A DNA stretch of 64,000 bases. It comes from the human T2T-CHM13v2.0 reference genome, Homo sapiens. The DNA is taken from the NCBI RefSeq assembly GCF_009914755.1, contig NC_060931.1; one strand, 5' to 3'. The notes beneath the pieces were generated by a model. That model was not told the DNA's origin, did not search any database, and was given only the letters and a program-made list of their open reading frames with translations. This document shows, one piece after another, positions 14,058 to 26,583 of this stretch (the first letter of the stretch is position 1; each line of letters starts with the position of its first letter). Made by a program: the position numbers and the translations under genes.

Positions 14058-15751
14058 TAAAAAAGTTTACAGTTTTCATTATACACAACTATTAAGAGGT
14101 TATAGTCAGAGGAGGCATGTGTCCTGTTGACAGACGTGCCTACTAGATCATCACAATGCAAGGAGAAAGGTGGAAGGGAGGAGACAGGGCGAGGAAAAAT
14201 AAGCGATAAAAAGCTTCAGATTTCAGTTAGGGGCTGGCAGTCCCTTTTATCTTTTCAAGTATCACACAATATGTACCAAATACAATCTGTAAATAATGGC
14301 CATTTCTTCCCAAGCCCACAGCCAAGATGAGTGTTAGGCTAAATTCAGAGCCCTGGCTCTTCCTCAGATGAGTGGAAAACCTGCGCATGACAGGGCCGGC
14401 TCCCCCTTCTCAAAGGGCTTTCTCCCACTCATCCCATCCCTAACAGAATCGCCGAGGTGTTCACGGGCCAGAGAAAGCACAAACATGGATTCAGAAGTCC
14501 AAAGAAATGCAGTTCGTTGCGCCCAATCAGAGATAGATGATTTCATTCAACAAGGCTGGAAGCCCAGTTGGGAAGTCGATAAAAAATCTTGCTAACTTTT
14601 TTAAATGGCTTTTACTTTTCTAAGTCACTGAAACAAGGAAGGGCCACATGCCATTTAAAATCAAACACTAGTTCCCAGAGACTTGGTGTCCAGAAACTTG
14701 ACCCACAGAGGCTAGCGGAGGATCTGTCTTTCATGATTCTCAGCCATCCCAACGGGAGGCCTAACATAAAGCATGTGCCAGGCCAATGCCAACTAGGACT
14801 TCAGGGGGCCTTTGGAGGGAAAAATTCCTTTGAGAGGAGACATTCCTCAGGAGCTTAGATCAGCCAGCTGGCAGTCAGAACAGCTTTTGAAGTGGATGAG
14901 AAATGTTAGGTACTGGAGAGATGATATGGCAACTCCTGATAATGACCTCACTAGGATAAAATGCTGGTTGAAACTGCACAGTAACCTCAAGGAGGGTGAT
15001 GAAATTGACGACAAAGCCAAATGTCAGTGTCTAAGATGGCTACCACTGACCCTGTGCCCAAAAGCCCCCCGGTGCTGGGGCTTCCAGAGGGAGCCCAAGG
15101 GTGGTGGATTCAATGTTGCCAGGTTGCAACCATCTTGCTTGTTGGTGTTTGGCAAGAGCTTGAGCTCAGTTATGTGAACAGGGGCAAAGAATGGCTTGTG
15201 CTGGTAAAACTCAAGGGAGGATCCAAAAACTATGGGCACTAAAAAGGGGAGGGAAACCGCCAGAAGTGGCTCTGACCTGCTGCCGCTGCCACCACCTCTA
15301 AAGCCAAGAATGTAGAGCCTCTGCCCAGGGATCTGGATGCTCTCCTGAGTGTTGGAAGGGCAGCCTGGAAAGGCATTTTGTGGTGAAACACCGCTGCTCC
15401 AGACTTACGCTACCATCTATTGTTGGGGGCCCAGAGTCCTTGGATTCACTGCCAGGCCTTCTTCCAGATCTTTCTGTACCTGTGTGTTTGGGCTCCTACT
15501 CCCACCTCTCCCAGGTGCAGGGAGAGGACAAAAAGCATAAGGGACTCTGTTCAACCCAGCAAAAGTCAGTTTCCCAGTGGAGAGGCAAAGCCCCACCCAG
15601 AACATAAACATGCATGGGACCAAGGTTAGTGCCCAGACAGGACAGACTTGCACAGAACAAGAGGGCACAGTGGGATCCATGCGGCAATTACAGGAGCTTC
15701 CAGCACTAACAGAGGAGCCTTATCCCACCTTCATCACACAGACTTAGATGG

Positions 15752-15816
15752 ACACACACACACTCTCGCTCACACTCTCACACATGTGCACACATACACA
15801 CACTCTCTCTCTCTCT
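15752..15816. repeat. (CA)n/(CT)n compound microsatellite in the 3'UTR
   Basis: Direct read. Confidence 0.85.
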
Positions 15817-16112
15817 GCAGCCACACTCAAATCTGCTAAACTCCTACAACCTCCCCCAGCAGGTCATTTGACAATTCTGCATCTTCCGCTCTCTGGTGCT
15901 GGGGCTCTGGTCAGAGGCGAGCCAATGTCTTATCATTAGAGAGATGTGGGATTAGGTAAGGGGCAGAGTCATGGCACTGCTCACACACCTTCCCGAAACT
16001 GGGGTCTATTCAGTTTTTTGACAAGATCAAAAGCAATTCTTAACTGGTCATTATTTTTTTTTTAAGGTAATTAGAACACTATTGTTTATACAATATTGAA
16101 AAAATACAATTT

Positions 16113-16118
16113 TTTATT
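16113..16118 (-). terminator. Candidate alternative poly(A) signal AATAAA
   Basis: Hexamer followed in mRNA sense by U/GU-rich sequence. Confidence 0.5.
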
Positions 16119-16471
16119 GTTTGAACTCAAATCACCACCCAGCACTTTAAGCCTACCCTAAATAGCACCTACAATAAATGTCATAGCACAAGCAAACTGC
16201 AAAGTCAGCAGGTAAGCAAGTTAGACAGTGCCAGCAGAGAGACCCTCCCTCCCCCAAAGCAATGAGAAGACAGCGTGCTAGGTAAGAGTGAAGTACACCA
16301 TTACATGTTAAATAGTTAATACTACCCTTCCAGCAAGCCACAGATGCTAGATGGATAACTCAGTACGGTTAACTAACCACAGCCCTACATCACTGCACTT
16401 TTTTTTTTTTTTAAAGAAAACCTTTTGCTTCATGCCCGTAATTAACATAAAGTAAGTAAATTCTTTGTCTT

Positions 16472-16477
16472 TTTATT
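16472..16477 (-). terminator. Candidate alternative poly(A) signal AATAAA
   Basis: Hexamer in an AU-rich UTR block. Confidence 0.45.
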
Positions 16478-18239
16478 TAGGAAAATAATCATGCTAAAAG
16501 CAAGTTGTACTTTATATAGATTTTCAAACAAAAGATTGATTGTGCTTTTTGAATAAAAAAGATAGGGTATCTTCCAACCTCACTGACTTAAACCTTGTGG
16601 AATACAGCACTTCTAAACTAAAAACACACGTCAAAAAGAAAAATTAAATAATCCCAGTGGGATGCTCAAAAATCGTCTTTAGAAGGTTTTAGGATTGGCT
16701 AATTCTGCTATTATCTTATTGGCTGCGGCAAAAAAAGAACACAGAGCTGCTGTCTAAAATTTCTCCAAACTCCCCTCCGAGTTCAGCAGGCAACACTCAG
16801 ATTTGAAAGAAACTCTGCAGCAACCTGGACATATGGTTAGCTGAGTCGACATTTGATTAGCAGGCATTTTAAACTGATTTCCTCTTAACATACACAGGAG
16901 AGAAAACATTTTCTTCCTGCAGGGCATGTTCTACTACATCATATTTCTGAATCCCTTCTTCCTATTCGGTCACTCTCTGAAAAAAGCTGGTTTGTTTTTC
17001 CCATGTAGAATCACTCTGGGTACAAGAACCTTTATTTGTTCCAATTATTATTTGTTTTAAATTTAGAACCTGTGTTGGGTCTAAAATACCCATTTCCCAC
17101 TCCCACAAGCAGATGATGACCAGGCTGCTGCCAAGAGCAGCAGAAAAAGGGAAAACCAAACCAGAACATGAAGGCAAGTACCCAGGGCTTTGCAGTCACC
17201 ACGTGGGTCGTCTTCTCAAGTCTAATGGTCCATGAGCGGCTTGTCCAAGGAGGCGGCCGCCTCTTGGTAGGTGAAGATGAAATCTGCAACCTTTCTAAGC
17301 ACAATACACACACACACACACCAAAAAAATAACCCCCCCAGAAACACAACCCTCATATTTAAAGCTCTTAAGTTCAGGGTAGCGGTCTCAAACTGCCAAA
17401 CACTAGGATGAGGATGTGACTCTGCATGTGTTTTGGATGAGAGGAAGCATCGTCCCAGTCACTTTTCTCCTCCTGTGCTGTCCTTTCAAAAACAGGTCTG
17501 GATTTCACGCTCTACCCCAAGAAAAAGAACTGGTTCAGAAAACACTTCCCCAAGTTTCTCCAACAGAACACTGTGGCTGCAGGGCCTGGTAGTGTGAAGG
17601 GCAGCAACTGACATATAAAAATGTACTTAAAATCAGAGTCAAAAAATGGTTTTAAGTTTTAATACTCTTAATTAGCTCCCTGCTTTATACTGTAACTCCA
17701 CAGAAGACATAGGGCCACCTAGGATTCACAGGAAGGAGCAGCTCTGATTCTTACATGGCTGGCTCCGATGCCCCCACAGCAGGCCTCTTCCTCCCCAAGT
17801 TTTTCCTCTCCATTTCAAAAAAGCACTATTTTATCTTCACATCCAAGAGCTGGTTGGTTTGGTTTGTTTCTTTGGAAACCAATAAAAGAAGCAATTTTTT
17901 CCTGTTCTTTTTACTCACATCTACCTATCAGAGCGGCTATTTCCTTCGACAGTTCAGTAGCACACAGGCTGACTTGGCCACATGGACTCATGAATGCATG
18001 CATTCAGACCGCATATTGCTACCAAATGGAATGTGGGAATATGCTATGCACCTCAGGTTGAGAAATGACCAAGAAATCAAGATCTAAAGGGTGATATATA
18101 ATATATATATATCAATGCTATTATTCATAAAAACCTTGTTTAGTAATAAAAAAAATTGCTTTGTTTAAATATGAATATTATAGTCTGCTTCTCATGGTTA
18201 GGAAATAATAGTCTTTCTGAAAAGCAGGTGCTTTTTCTA

Positions 18240-18364
18240 CTACAACTCCATATCCTGGGCCTCATCTTCGGAAAAGTCAGACATAGAGCTCTCCGATGAG
18301 CTGTCCCCGGTACCCTCTTCCTGTTCTTTCAGCGCCTCCTCCGTGGCGTATTTCTGGATGTACT
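18240..18364 (-). CDS. UBE2H: UBE2H last coding exon (125 coding nt): [41 protein letters not shown]
   Basis: gtgcag|AGTAC...; acidic Ser-rich tail; TAG at 18240-18242 followed by a second TAG at 18237-18239. Confidence 0.97.
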
Positions 18365-19899
18365 CTGCACGGGGTGGGAGAAAGACAACAAGGGCAGTGA
18401 GTGGGCAGGCATGTGCTTTGGCGACCCCAAAAAGCTGGCAAGGCTGCGGAGGTTCAAACTTACCTTGAACACCAGGGGGGACAAAGATGACAGTAATCAT
18501 GATCACTACAGCTAAGGAGAATCCCATAGGGAGACTTCTTTGGGACAGGGTTTCTGCATTTTGCCCCCTGAGGAAAGGGGTATTGGGAAGAGCAACACAG
18601 CAGGCTCAGCTTGCAGGGGAATGTGTGTGCTGCAGCACCCCAAGAACTCTTCAGGGACCAGGGAAATGGGAGCCCCACGCTTTCTTTTTACTTTCATCTC
18701 CCAGATAGTATAGGACCAGTCATGATTCCATAGTAATTTATAAGGAAATCCTTCATCATTTTTAGATCTGCAGTTACATAATTACGGTCAGTCCAGGTCT
18801 ATTATTTTAGGAATCGATTTTAGTCTAAACAGATCCTGCCTGTCAGGTTTTTGAAGCAGCTGGCAAAAACCATCGCTCAATCTGCTCAGGACTAAGCTGC
18901 TATACGGAGACACCACTCGGCTCTGAGTGGTTTTTCCATGTATAATTTACCTGAAGGTAGATTTCCGCTGCTACAGCCTTGGTGGAACCCTAGGCTGAAT
19001 AAGACTGCTGAAACGGCTTTTAAGAACTGCTGAATAAACAAACTTGTTCCTAAAAACTCTAAGTGCATACTGTTTTCAAGTGAACAGCCTCCACACAATA
19101 GGAAAAGACATGACAGAAACCTATTCAAAATGCAAGCCACACAAAAACACACCCTTGTGGCTTTGTTTTTCCTCCTATAGAGTTGCGGGGACTCACTGCA
19201 ATAGGAAGATAAGCTGAATGGCCAAATGGGCCTACCAGATTTGAATAACTAGCACAGGGCCTAGCTAAGAATGTTTTTATATTTTAAAAACTGTCTTAAA
19301 AAATAATAAACAGAATGTGTGATAAAGGCCACATCTGGCCAATGTGGTCCTTTACAGAAAAGGTTTGCAGACTTGAGACTTAGAGCCCTTCAAATTCATT
19401 ATAACAAAATTTTATGCTAATGATTTTGATGAGATTAAAGTAGCCCATGATTAGGTAGGAATTTACCTTAATTGAGAAATATTTATTCAAACTTTAACAA
19501 TTTTATTTTTAACCTCTAATGGGTTGACTATTTTGCGTCTTCCTTTGTAGAAGATAAATATTGACCTTTTTTTGACACTAGAATTTGATACTATCAGCCC
19601 TCTTTAATGTATTCAAGGAAACAAATGTATATTAAGTACTTACTAGGACAAGGCCTTTGAGAGAGAGAAAGGAAGAGCAAGGTCACCAACGAGGAGGAGG
19701 AAACAGAGGAAGATAAAAGGAGCTGCTGAGTGTCACCAGAGGGAAGCAGTTACGGACGAAAAACGGCCGAGGCAGTCCCAGCCACACTGACCCCCAAGTC
19801 CTGCCAGCTATGGCATAGGAGAGGCCACTCCAGGGAAAGGCTTTGTTTTGTTGAAAGTAAGTGGCTGGGATGTTTAAACACAACCTTAAGAGAGAACTA

Positions 19900-20322
<423 letters not shown>

Positions 20323-21924
20323 CTACGGGCTATCCAATATTTAAACACTTTTTCAAACATGTACTATAATACAGCGCCAACTAAATATGAACACTGACTG
20401 TGTTAGCTGTGTTGGGTTGGTGGTGACTGCCACACAAATGGAAATGTCCAGCAGCAGCTTGGGAGAGAGGCCAGGCCTAGACACACATTCAGAAATCATC
20501 TCCCTGGAGGGGACTGACTGAAGCTGTGAGAGGTGAAACAGCTCCTCAGGGATGACAAAGGAAGAGAGGGAGCCCAGGGACCGAGTCCTAAGTGAATGAC
20601 CACATTTAGGAAATGGAATGAGAAGTTTCCAGAAAGATGAGGGTAAAATGTAACACTTGCAGAAAGGTCCAGCAAAATGGGACTTGAGAAGAGTCCAAAG
20701 GATTGGGAAGAAATGAGGGCACAGATTAAGCAGAGGAGGGGAAAAAAACTAGAGGAGTTTAAGGTGAGGACGCAAGAAGTTTGAAAATGAAAAGGAATAA
20801 ACAGCATGACTCCTAAGAGAGCCCACAGGAGCAGATCACTGCTCCTGAAACAGGGAGACCTCTGATGGGGTGGAGGAGGAAGACTGCATTGGGAGGGGGC
20901 GGGGGGTTGGGGGAACAAGATCACAGATTGGTGGTGGGAGTGAGTTTGAGAAATGAGGAAGGGTGTCTCTTATTTATTTCCTATAGTTAGGAACAAAGAA
21001 AAGATGCAGGAGGGAAGGGAGAAGATATCAAGGCACAGTAGGAAGTGGGGGTGAGCTCAGGTCTGATGGCCATGATTTTCTGAGATTACTAAGGAAGACA
21101 AAATGATAGCCAACATGAACATTTCCGAAGGCTAGGGGTCCGTACGCTGGAGTGAGCCATTCTAAGATAAATGTAGGCTCGGTTCTTTTTGTAAATGGGA
21201 CTATAGCAGACATGTACTGAAACAGGGCTACTGCTAAATTGTTGAGACAGAATGCATATGTGAACTAGAGAAATATACTCTGCTCCAAGATATCTGTGGT
21301 TTGCAGACATTGCTAAGTGATTCCTATGTCAAAATTTTAATATAGTCTCATAACAGCACTTTATCTGGCTGAAACTGACTGCCTTTTTCTTCAAATACAT
21401 GTTTGCTTAGCTATATATTTTGCTACATAAATTAGATATTAATTTGCAAAGCACTTGAGATCTAATTAATTATAGTAAATTTATTTCTGCTTTATCTCAA
21501 CAACAGCTCCAAACAATACCCTATAGAGACCTTGGAAGAAGAATTAGAAAACAAATAGAAGAAAAGCTATTGTTTCATGAATAGTCCCTGTTTGCCTCAT
21601 ACCTGCACATTTCAGAGTGAAGACCTGCACATTCAAGCTCTGGTAAATTACTTCTACTGCCACCTCTTGCAAATGTACCTCAGAGAGGCCACACATTTTG
21701 AGGAAGCAAACATTCTGGACTGCTATGCAGATAGGCCCATCATGTGAAAAACTGGCTAGATACTAATGCCTGCCATTGGTTAAAAGCAGCAGGTATATTT
21801 CACAAACTTTGAATTCCTTTGCTTCTTGGTGGAGCTTCATGTATCTAGACTTTTCACTATGAAAGTTCTGAAACATACACAGAGGTAAAATGGAAAATCC
21901 AATGAACCCAGGTGGAGCTTTAGA

Positions 21925-22215
21925 TTTTTTTTCTTTTTTAAAGACAGAATCTTGCTCTGTCACCCAGGCTGGAGTACAATGGCACAGTCTAGGCTCACTG
22001 CAACCTCTGCTTCCTGGTTCAGGCGATTCTCTTGCCTCAGCCTCCCGAGTAGCTGGGACTACAGGCGCGTGCCACCACACCAGGCTAATTTTTGTATTTT
22101 TAGTAGAGATGGGGTTTCACCATGTTGGCCAGGCTGGTCTCGATCTCCTGACCTTGTGATCCGCCTGCCTCGGGCTACCAAAGTGCTGGGATTACAGGCG
22201 TGAGCCACCACGGCC
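21925..22215 (-). mobile_element. AluS (Sc-like)
   Basis: Full dimer. Confidence 0.88.
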
Positions 22216-22490
22216 AGTCGCAAACTTATCTTCATTTAAATGAAACTCATATCCCATCAGCACGTAAACTGTTTTAAGGATGGGAAAATAGGATTCTAAA
22301 TCGCAAAGGATGAGCAAACTGGTGCTACTGCCACCCGAGGTTGGTGAGCACTACCTTCAGCCCACAGCTGTCTCTTTTTAGGCCTAAGAAAAAGTATTAG
22401 GAACTAAGTAATTTAAGAAGGACTTTTAATGACTGAAGCCCAACAGATTTAAGTTCTTTTGTCTCCAGGTTAAACTACCCATCCTCTTAC

Positions 22491-22619
22491 CTTTAATTTT
22501 CTGCTTGTATTCTTCTGGTCGGTGGAGGTACATGGCTGCAGCGTCACCATTGAGAGGATCTATGGGGTTAGGATAGGCCAACAACTGAGGCAGGAAGGAC
22601 TCAAATATATTGGTAAGAT
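22491..22619 (-). CDS. UBE2H: UBE2H coding exon 6 (129 nt): [43 protein letters not shown]
   Basis: ttttcag|ATCTTACC...ATTAAAG|gtaaga; within ORF 22426..22665; E2 PNP-DPLN motif. Confidence 0.97.
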
Positions 22620-22989
22620 CTGAAAAACCAAACAAACATGTCACACATGGGAAATGCAAGTTCACCTAAAATTCACTTGCATTCAGTAGTCAAGCTGCTT
22701 ACCTTCTTAGATATTCACACGGGGATGATTCTCCATACGAGTGTGCTCTATTACATGTGACTTGTATTACACATTCATTTCAATACCAATTTAAACATTT
22801 TAATTTTAATTTGAAGAACGAGATAAAGATATACCTGACATTCACTTTGAAGGACAATTTTCCCAATTCTATTTCACTCTATTTATATGGCTATTTCACA
22901 CAGCCATTTTCTACAGCTTACAAAACCCCCCACTCTGAAAGGTATTCAGATGCTGGGTCTTAAAAGAATTGAAGACAGTTTTTGTGGGG

Positions 22990-23293
22990 TTTTTTTGTTT
23001 GTTTTTTTTTTTGAGACAGAGTCTTGCTCTATTGCCCAGGCTGGAGTGCAGTGGTGCAATCCTGACTCACTGAAACCTCTGCCTCCGTGTTCAAGCGATT
23101 CTCCTGCCTCAGCCTCCCAAGTAGCTGGCACTACAGGCACCTGCCACCATGCCTGGCTAATTTTTGTATTTTTAGTAGAGACGGGGTTTCACCATGTTGG
23201 TCAGGATGGTCTCAAACTCCTAACCTCAAGTGACCTGCCAGCCTTGGCCTTCCAAAGTGCTGGGATTACAGGTGTGAACCACTGCGCTCAGCC
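22990..23293 (-). mobile_element. AluS
   Basis: Full dimer. Confidence 0.88.
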
Positions 23294-23477
23294 TTGAACA
23301 CAATTTTATAGGACTTGACATTTAATTCAATTCTTGCAACTTCTAATGGAGGTAAATATAACCAATTTTTCAATTATTCTGGGTAATGAGGATAGGAATC
23401 TATATGGACCACATAAAACTACAAATATTCATAAGACAGATAAGCACCAATCTACTGCATTTATTTATTTAAAAAAG

Positions 23478-23755
23478 TTTTTTTTTTGAGAGAGGATCTC
23501 ACTCTGTTGCCCAAGTTGGAGTGCATAGGTGTGATCATACCTCACTGCAACTTCAAACTCTTGGGCTCAAGCCAACCTCCCAGCCTCAGTCTTCCAAGTA
23601 AATTGGACTATAGGCATGTGCCACCATACCCAGCTAATTTTTTTTTTTTTAAATAGAGACAGGGTCTCCTTATGCTGCCCAGGCTGGTCTTGAACTCCTG
23701 GACTCAAGAGATCCTTCCATCTTGGCCTCCCCAAGTGCTGGGATTATAGACGTGA
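23478..23755 (-). mobile_element. AluJ
   Basis: Alu consensus. Confidence 0.85.
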
Positions 23756-24183
23756 CATTTATTAACTCCTTTCTTGCCAGGCATACACAGATGATATCTA
23801 CACACAGTTAGCAAACAACAAACACCTGCAGTTACCCAGCGTTTTAGAAAAGCAGGCCCTGAGAACCTGGGTATAACACAACCCACACACCCCCATAGCT
23901 CAGATATGCTGTAACTTCCACACTCTGCTCCTCAGTGAACTGCAGCACCCCTGAGAAATGGAAGGACATGAGAATGCTTCCATGTCTCTGCCCCACTCCA
24001 GCTGCTTTGTCATGTTTTATATAAAACATTCCTGTTTCTGGAGACAATGCTGAAGTATACTAAGTAGCATAAAAAACTACTCATTAATTTAGTCAGCTCT
24101 TTCAACCAATTTTGCTTTTAACAATGGGCGCTCCTTTGCAGTATTACAGATGAATGCTTTGCCAAGCCACATTGCTTGAGATT

Positions 24184-24389
24184 TGTGGTTCTCAGCCAAG
24201 GGTGATTTTGCTCCCCATGGAATTTGGCAATGTCTAGAGACATTTTTGGTTGTCATATCTAAGCGGTGCTACTGGCATCCGGTGGGTGAAGGCCAGGGAA
24301 GCTGCTAAACACCACAATGCACAGGACAGCCCCACAACAAAGGATTATCTAGACCAAAATGTCAGCAGTGCTGAGGTTAAGAAACCCTG
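24184..24389. mobile_element. MER20 (hAT-Charlie)
   Basis: gtggttctca...ggcaatgtctagagacatttttggttgtca...gctgaggttaagaaaccctg. Confidence 0.85.
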
Positions 24390-24400
24390 ATCTAGATAAA

Positions 24401-24602
24401 AGGGGTAGGCAAACCTTTTTGTAAAGGGTCAAATACTTTTAGGCTTTGCAGGCCACATATGGTCTCTGTCATAACTACTCAAAACTCAGCTCTGCCACTG
24501 TAACACAAAAGCAGCCAAAGTATAGGTCAACAAATCGATGTGGCTGTATTCCTATAAAACTACATATACAAAAACAAGTACCCAAGGTCTGCCCAACTTT
24601 GC
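24401..24602. mobile_element. MER58A (hAT-Charlie)
   Basis: aggggtaggcaaac...ttttaggctttgcaggccacatatggtctctgtc. Confidence 0.8.
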
Positions 24603-24681
24603 TCTAGAAAATCTTACCTATAAGAGGTGGCTCTTATCACTGTAAGGTTAAGAAGCTGAGCAGTTAGAGACTAATCTAGAG

Positions 24682-24882
24682 CTGTGTTACTCAACCGAAC
24701 TTTCTGCAGTGATAAAAATGTTTTATATGTGCTCACCTAAACCAATAGCCACTAGCCATAAGTGGCTACTGAGCACTCAAAATATGGCCAGTGTGAATAA
24801 GGAAATTAATTTTCAGTTTATTTAATTCTAATTAAATTTAAATAACCACACATGGCTAGTAGATCCTGTATTGGACAGTGCA
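24682..24882. mobile_element. MER3 (hAT-Charlie)
   Basis: gaactttctgcagtgat...tagccactagcca...gtattggacagtgcag. Confidence 0.8.
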
Positions 24883-25446
24883 GGTCTAGAGAATGATGGG
24901 CTAGAGGGTCCCATGACAGCTACCACGTCCTGTTCTCACACACCAGGTATTGACACAGAGCAGCTCTGCCTTACAACAAAAGCCACAGACTTGGGGTGAT
25001 TTCATCAGAGTCTATTTCACCTTCATAAGGCTGACTTCAGAACGGTCCTAAAGAGCCACTTTATAGTAAGGTTCTCATGTACCACGAAAGAAATCCTGAC
25101 ACTCCTAATCAAAAAAGCAAAACAAAAATCACCTTCCTATATAACCCCCAAACTATCTGCAGTAAGATTTTCACCAATGTTTTATCTACAATTTTTTTAA
25201 AAAGGGAAACAATTATTATGGTACAAAACCATTGAAAACTATTTGTTTTCAATGAAAAAAATGCTTATACTTGAATGCTGGGTAGAGAAAGGCCATAAAA
25301 TGGTATGTTTTCTAGAATTACAACTATGTACAGTGTGTATGCATAAGACAAACATTTTAAAAAGCTACCTCAAGGCAATAGATGTGTAACTTCTACTTTT
25401 CACATTTCAAATGACATTTCTTTTGCCTTTAAAAATCAACATTTTT

Positions 25447-25740
25447 GGCTCACACCTGTAATCCCAGCACTTTGGTAGGCCAAGGTGGGTGGATCACATA
25501 AGGCCAGGAGTTCGAGACCAGCCTGGCCAACATGGCAAAACCCTGTCCCTACTAAAAAATACAAAAAATTAGCTGGGTGTGATGGCGCGTGCCTGTAGTC
25601 CCAGCTACTTGGGAGGCTGAGGCAGAATTGCTTGAACCTGGGGAGGTGGAGGTTGCAGTGAGCCAAGATTGCACCACAGTACTCCAGCCTGGGCAAGTGA
25701 GTAGAACCCTGTCTCAAATAAATAAATAAAATAAAAATAA
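25447..25740 (+). mobile_element. AluS
   Basis: Alu consensus, slightly 5' clipped. Confidence 0.88.
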
Positions 25741-25905
25741 CATTTTCCTGTAAATATGTCCTTTCTATTTTGGCATATGTTTGAAATATCCAATAAAACA
25801 TGAAAAGTCTGAAAATGTTTTTATTTTCTTATCTTTATCCTTGGGTGGGTGAGTTATTAAGGCAGTGGTAGAAAATGCCAAAAGGTAAGCAAATTCAGTT
25901 TTACA

Positions 25906-26214
<309 letters not shown>

Positions 26215-26282
26215 CAGTAGTTTTACAATTGAATGTGATCCCATAGCAGGGAAAAGTTAAACAATAGTTACATTAACAGTAA

Positions 26283-26583
26283 TTTTTTTTTTTTTTTTTT
26301 TTTGAGACGGAGTCTTGCTGTCAACCAGGCTGGGGTGCAGTAGTGTGATCTCCACTCACTGCAAGCTCCGCCTCCTGGGTTCACGCCATTCTCCTGCCTC
26401 AGTCTCCCCAGCAGCTAGGACTACAGGCACACGCCGCCACATCCAGCTAATTTTTTTGTATTTTTAGCAGAGAAGGGGTTTCACCGTGTTAGCCAGGATG
26501 GTCTCGATCTCCTGACCTCGTGATCTGCCCGCCTCGGCCTCCCAAAGTGCTGGAATTACAGGAGTGAGCCACTGCGCCCGGCC
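26283..26583 (-). mobile_element. AluY
   Basis: ttcacgccattctc and gttagccaggatggtctcgatctc diagnostics; TSD cattaacagtaat. Confidence 0.9.

Larger units (their letters stand above)
14035..18239 (-). other. UBE2H: UBE2H long 3'UTR (~4.2 kb)
   Basis: Alu-free stretch between the stop codon and the distal AATAAA; AU-rich blocks and several hexamers. Confidence 0.85.

Noticed and set aside
18365-18527. N-terminal part of ORF 18240..18527
   Set aside because: Intron 6 sequence upstream of the true acceptor at 18365-18367
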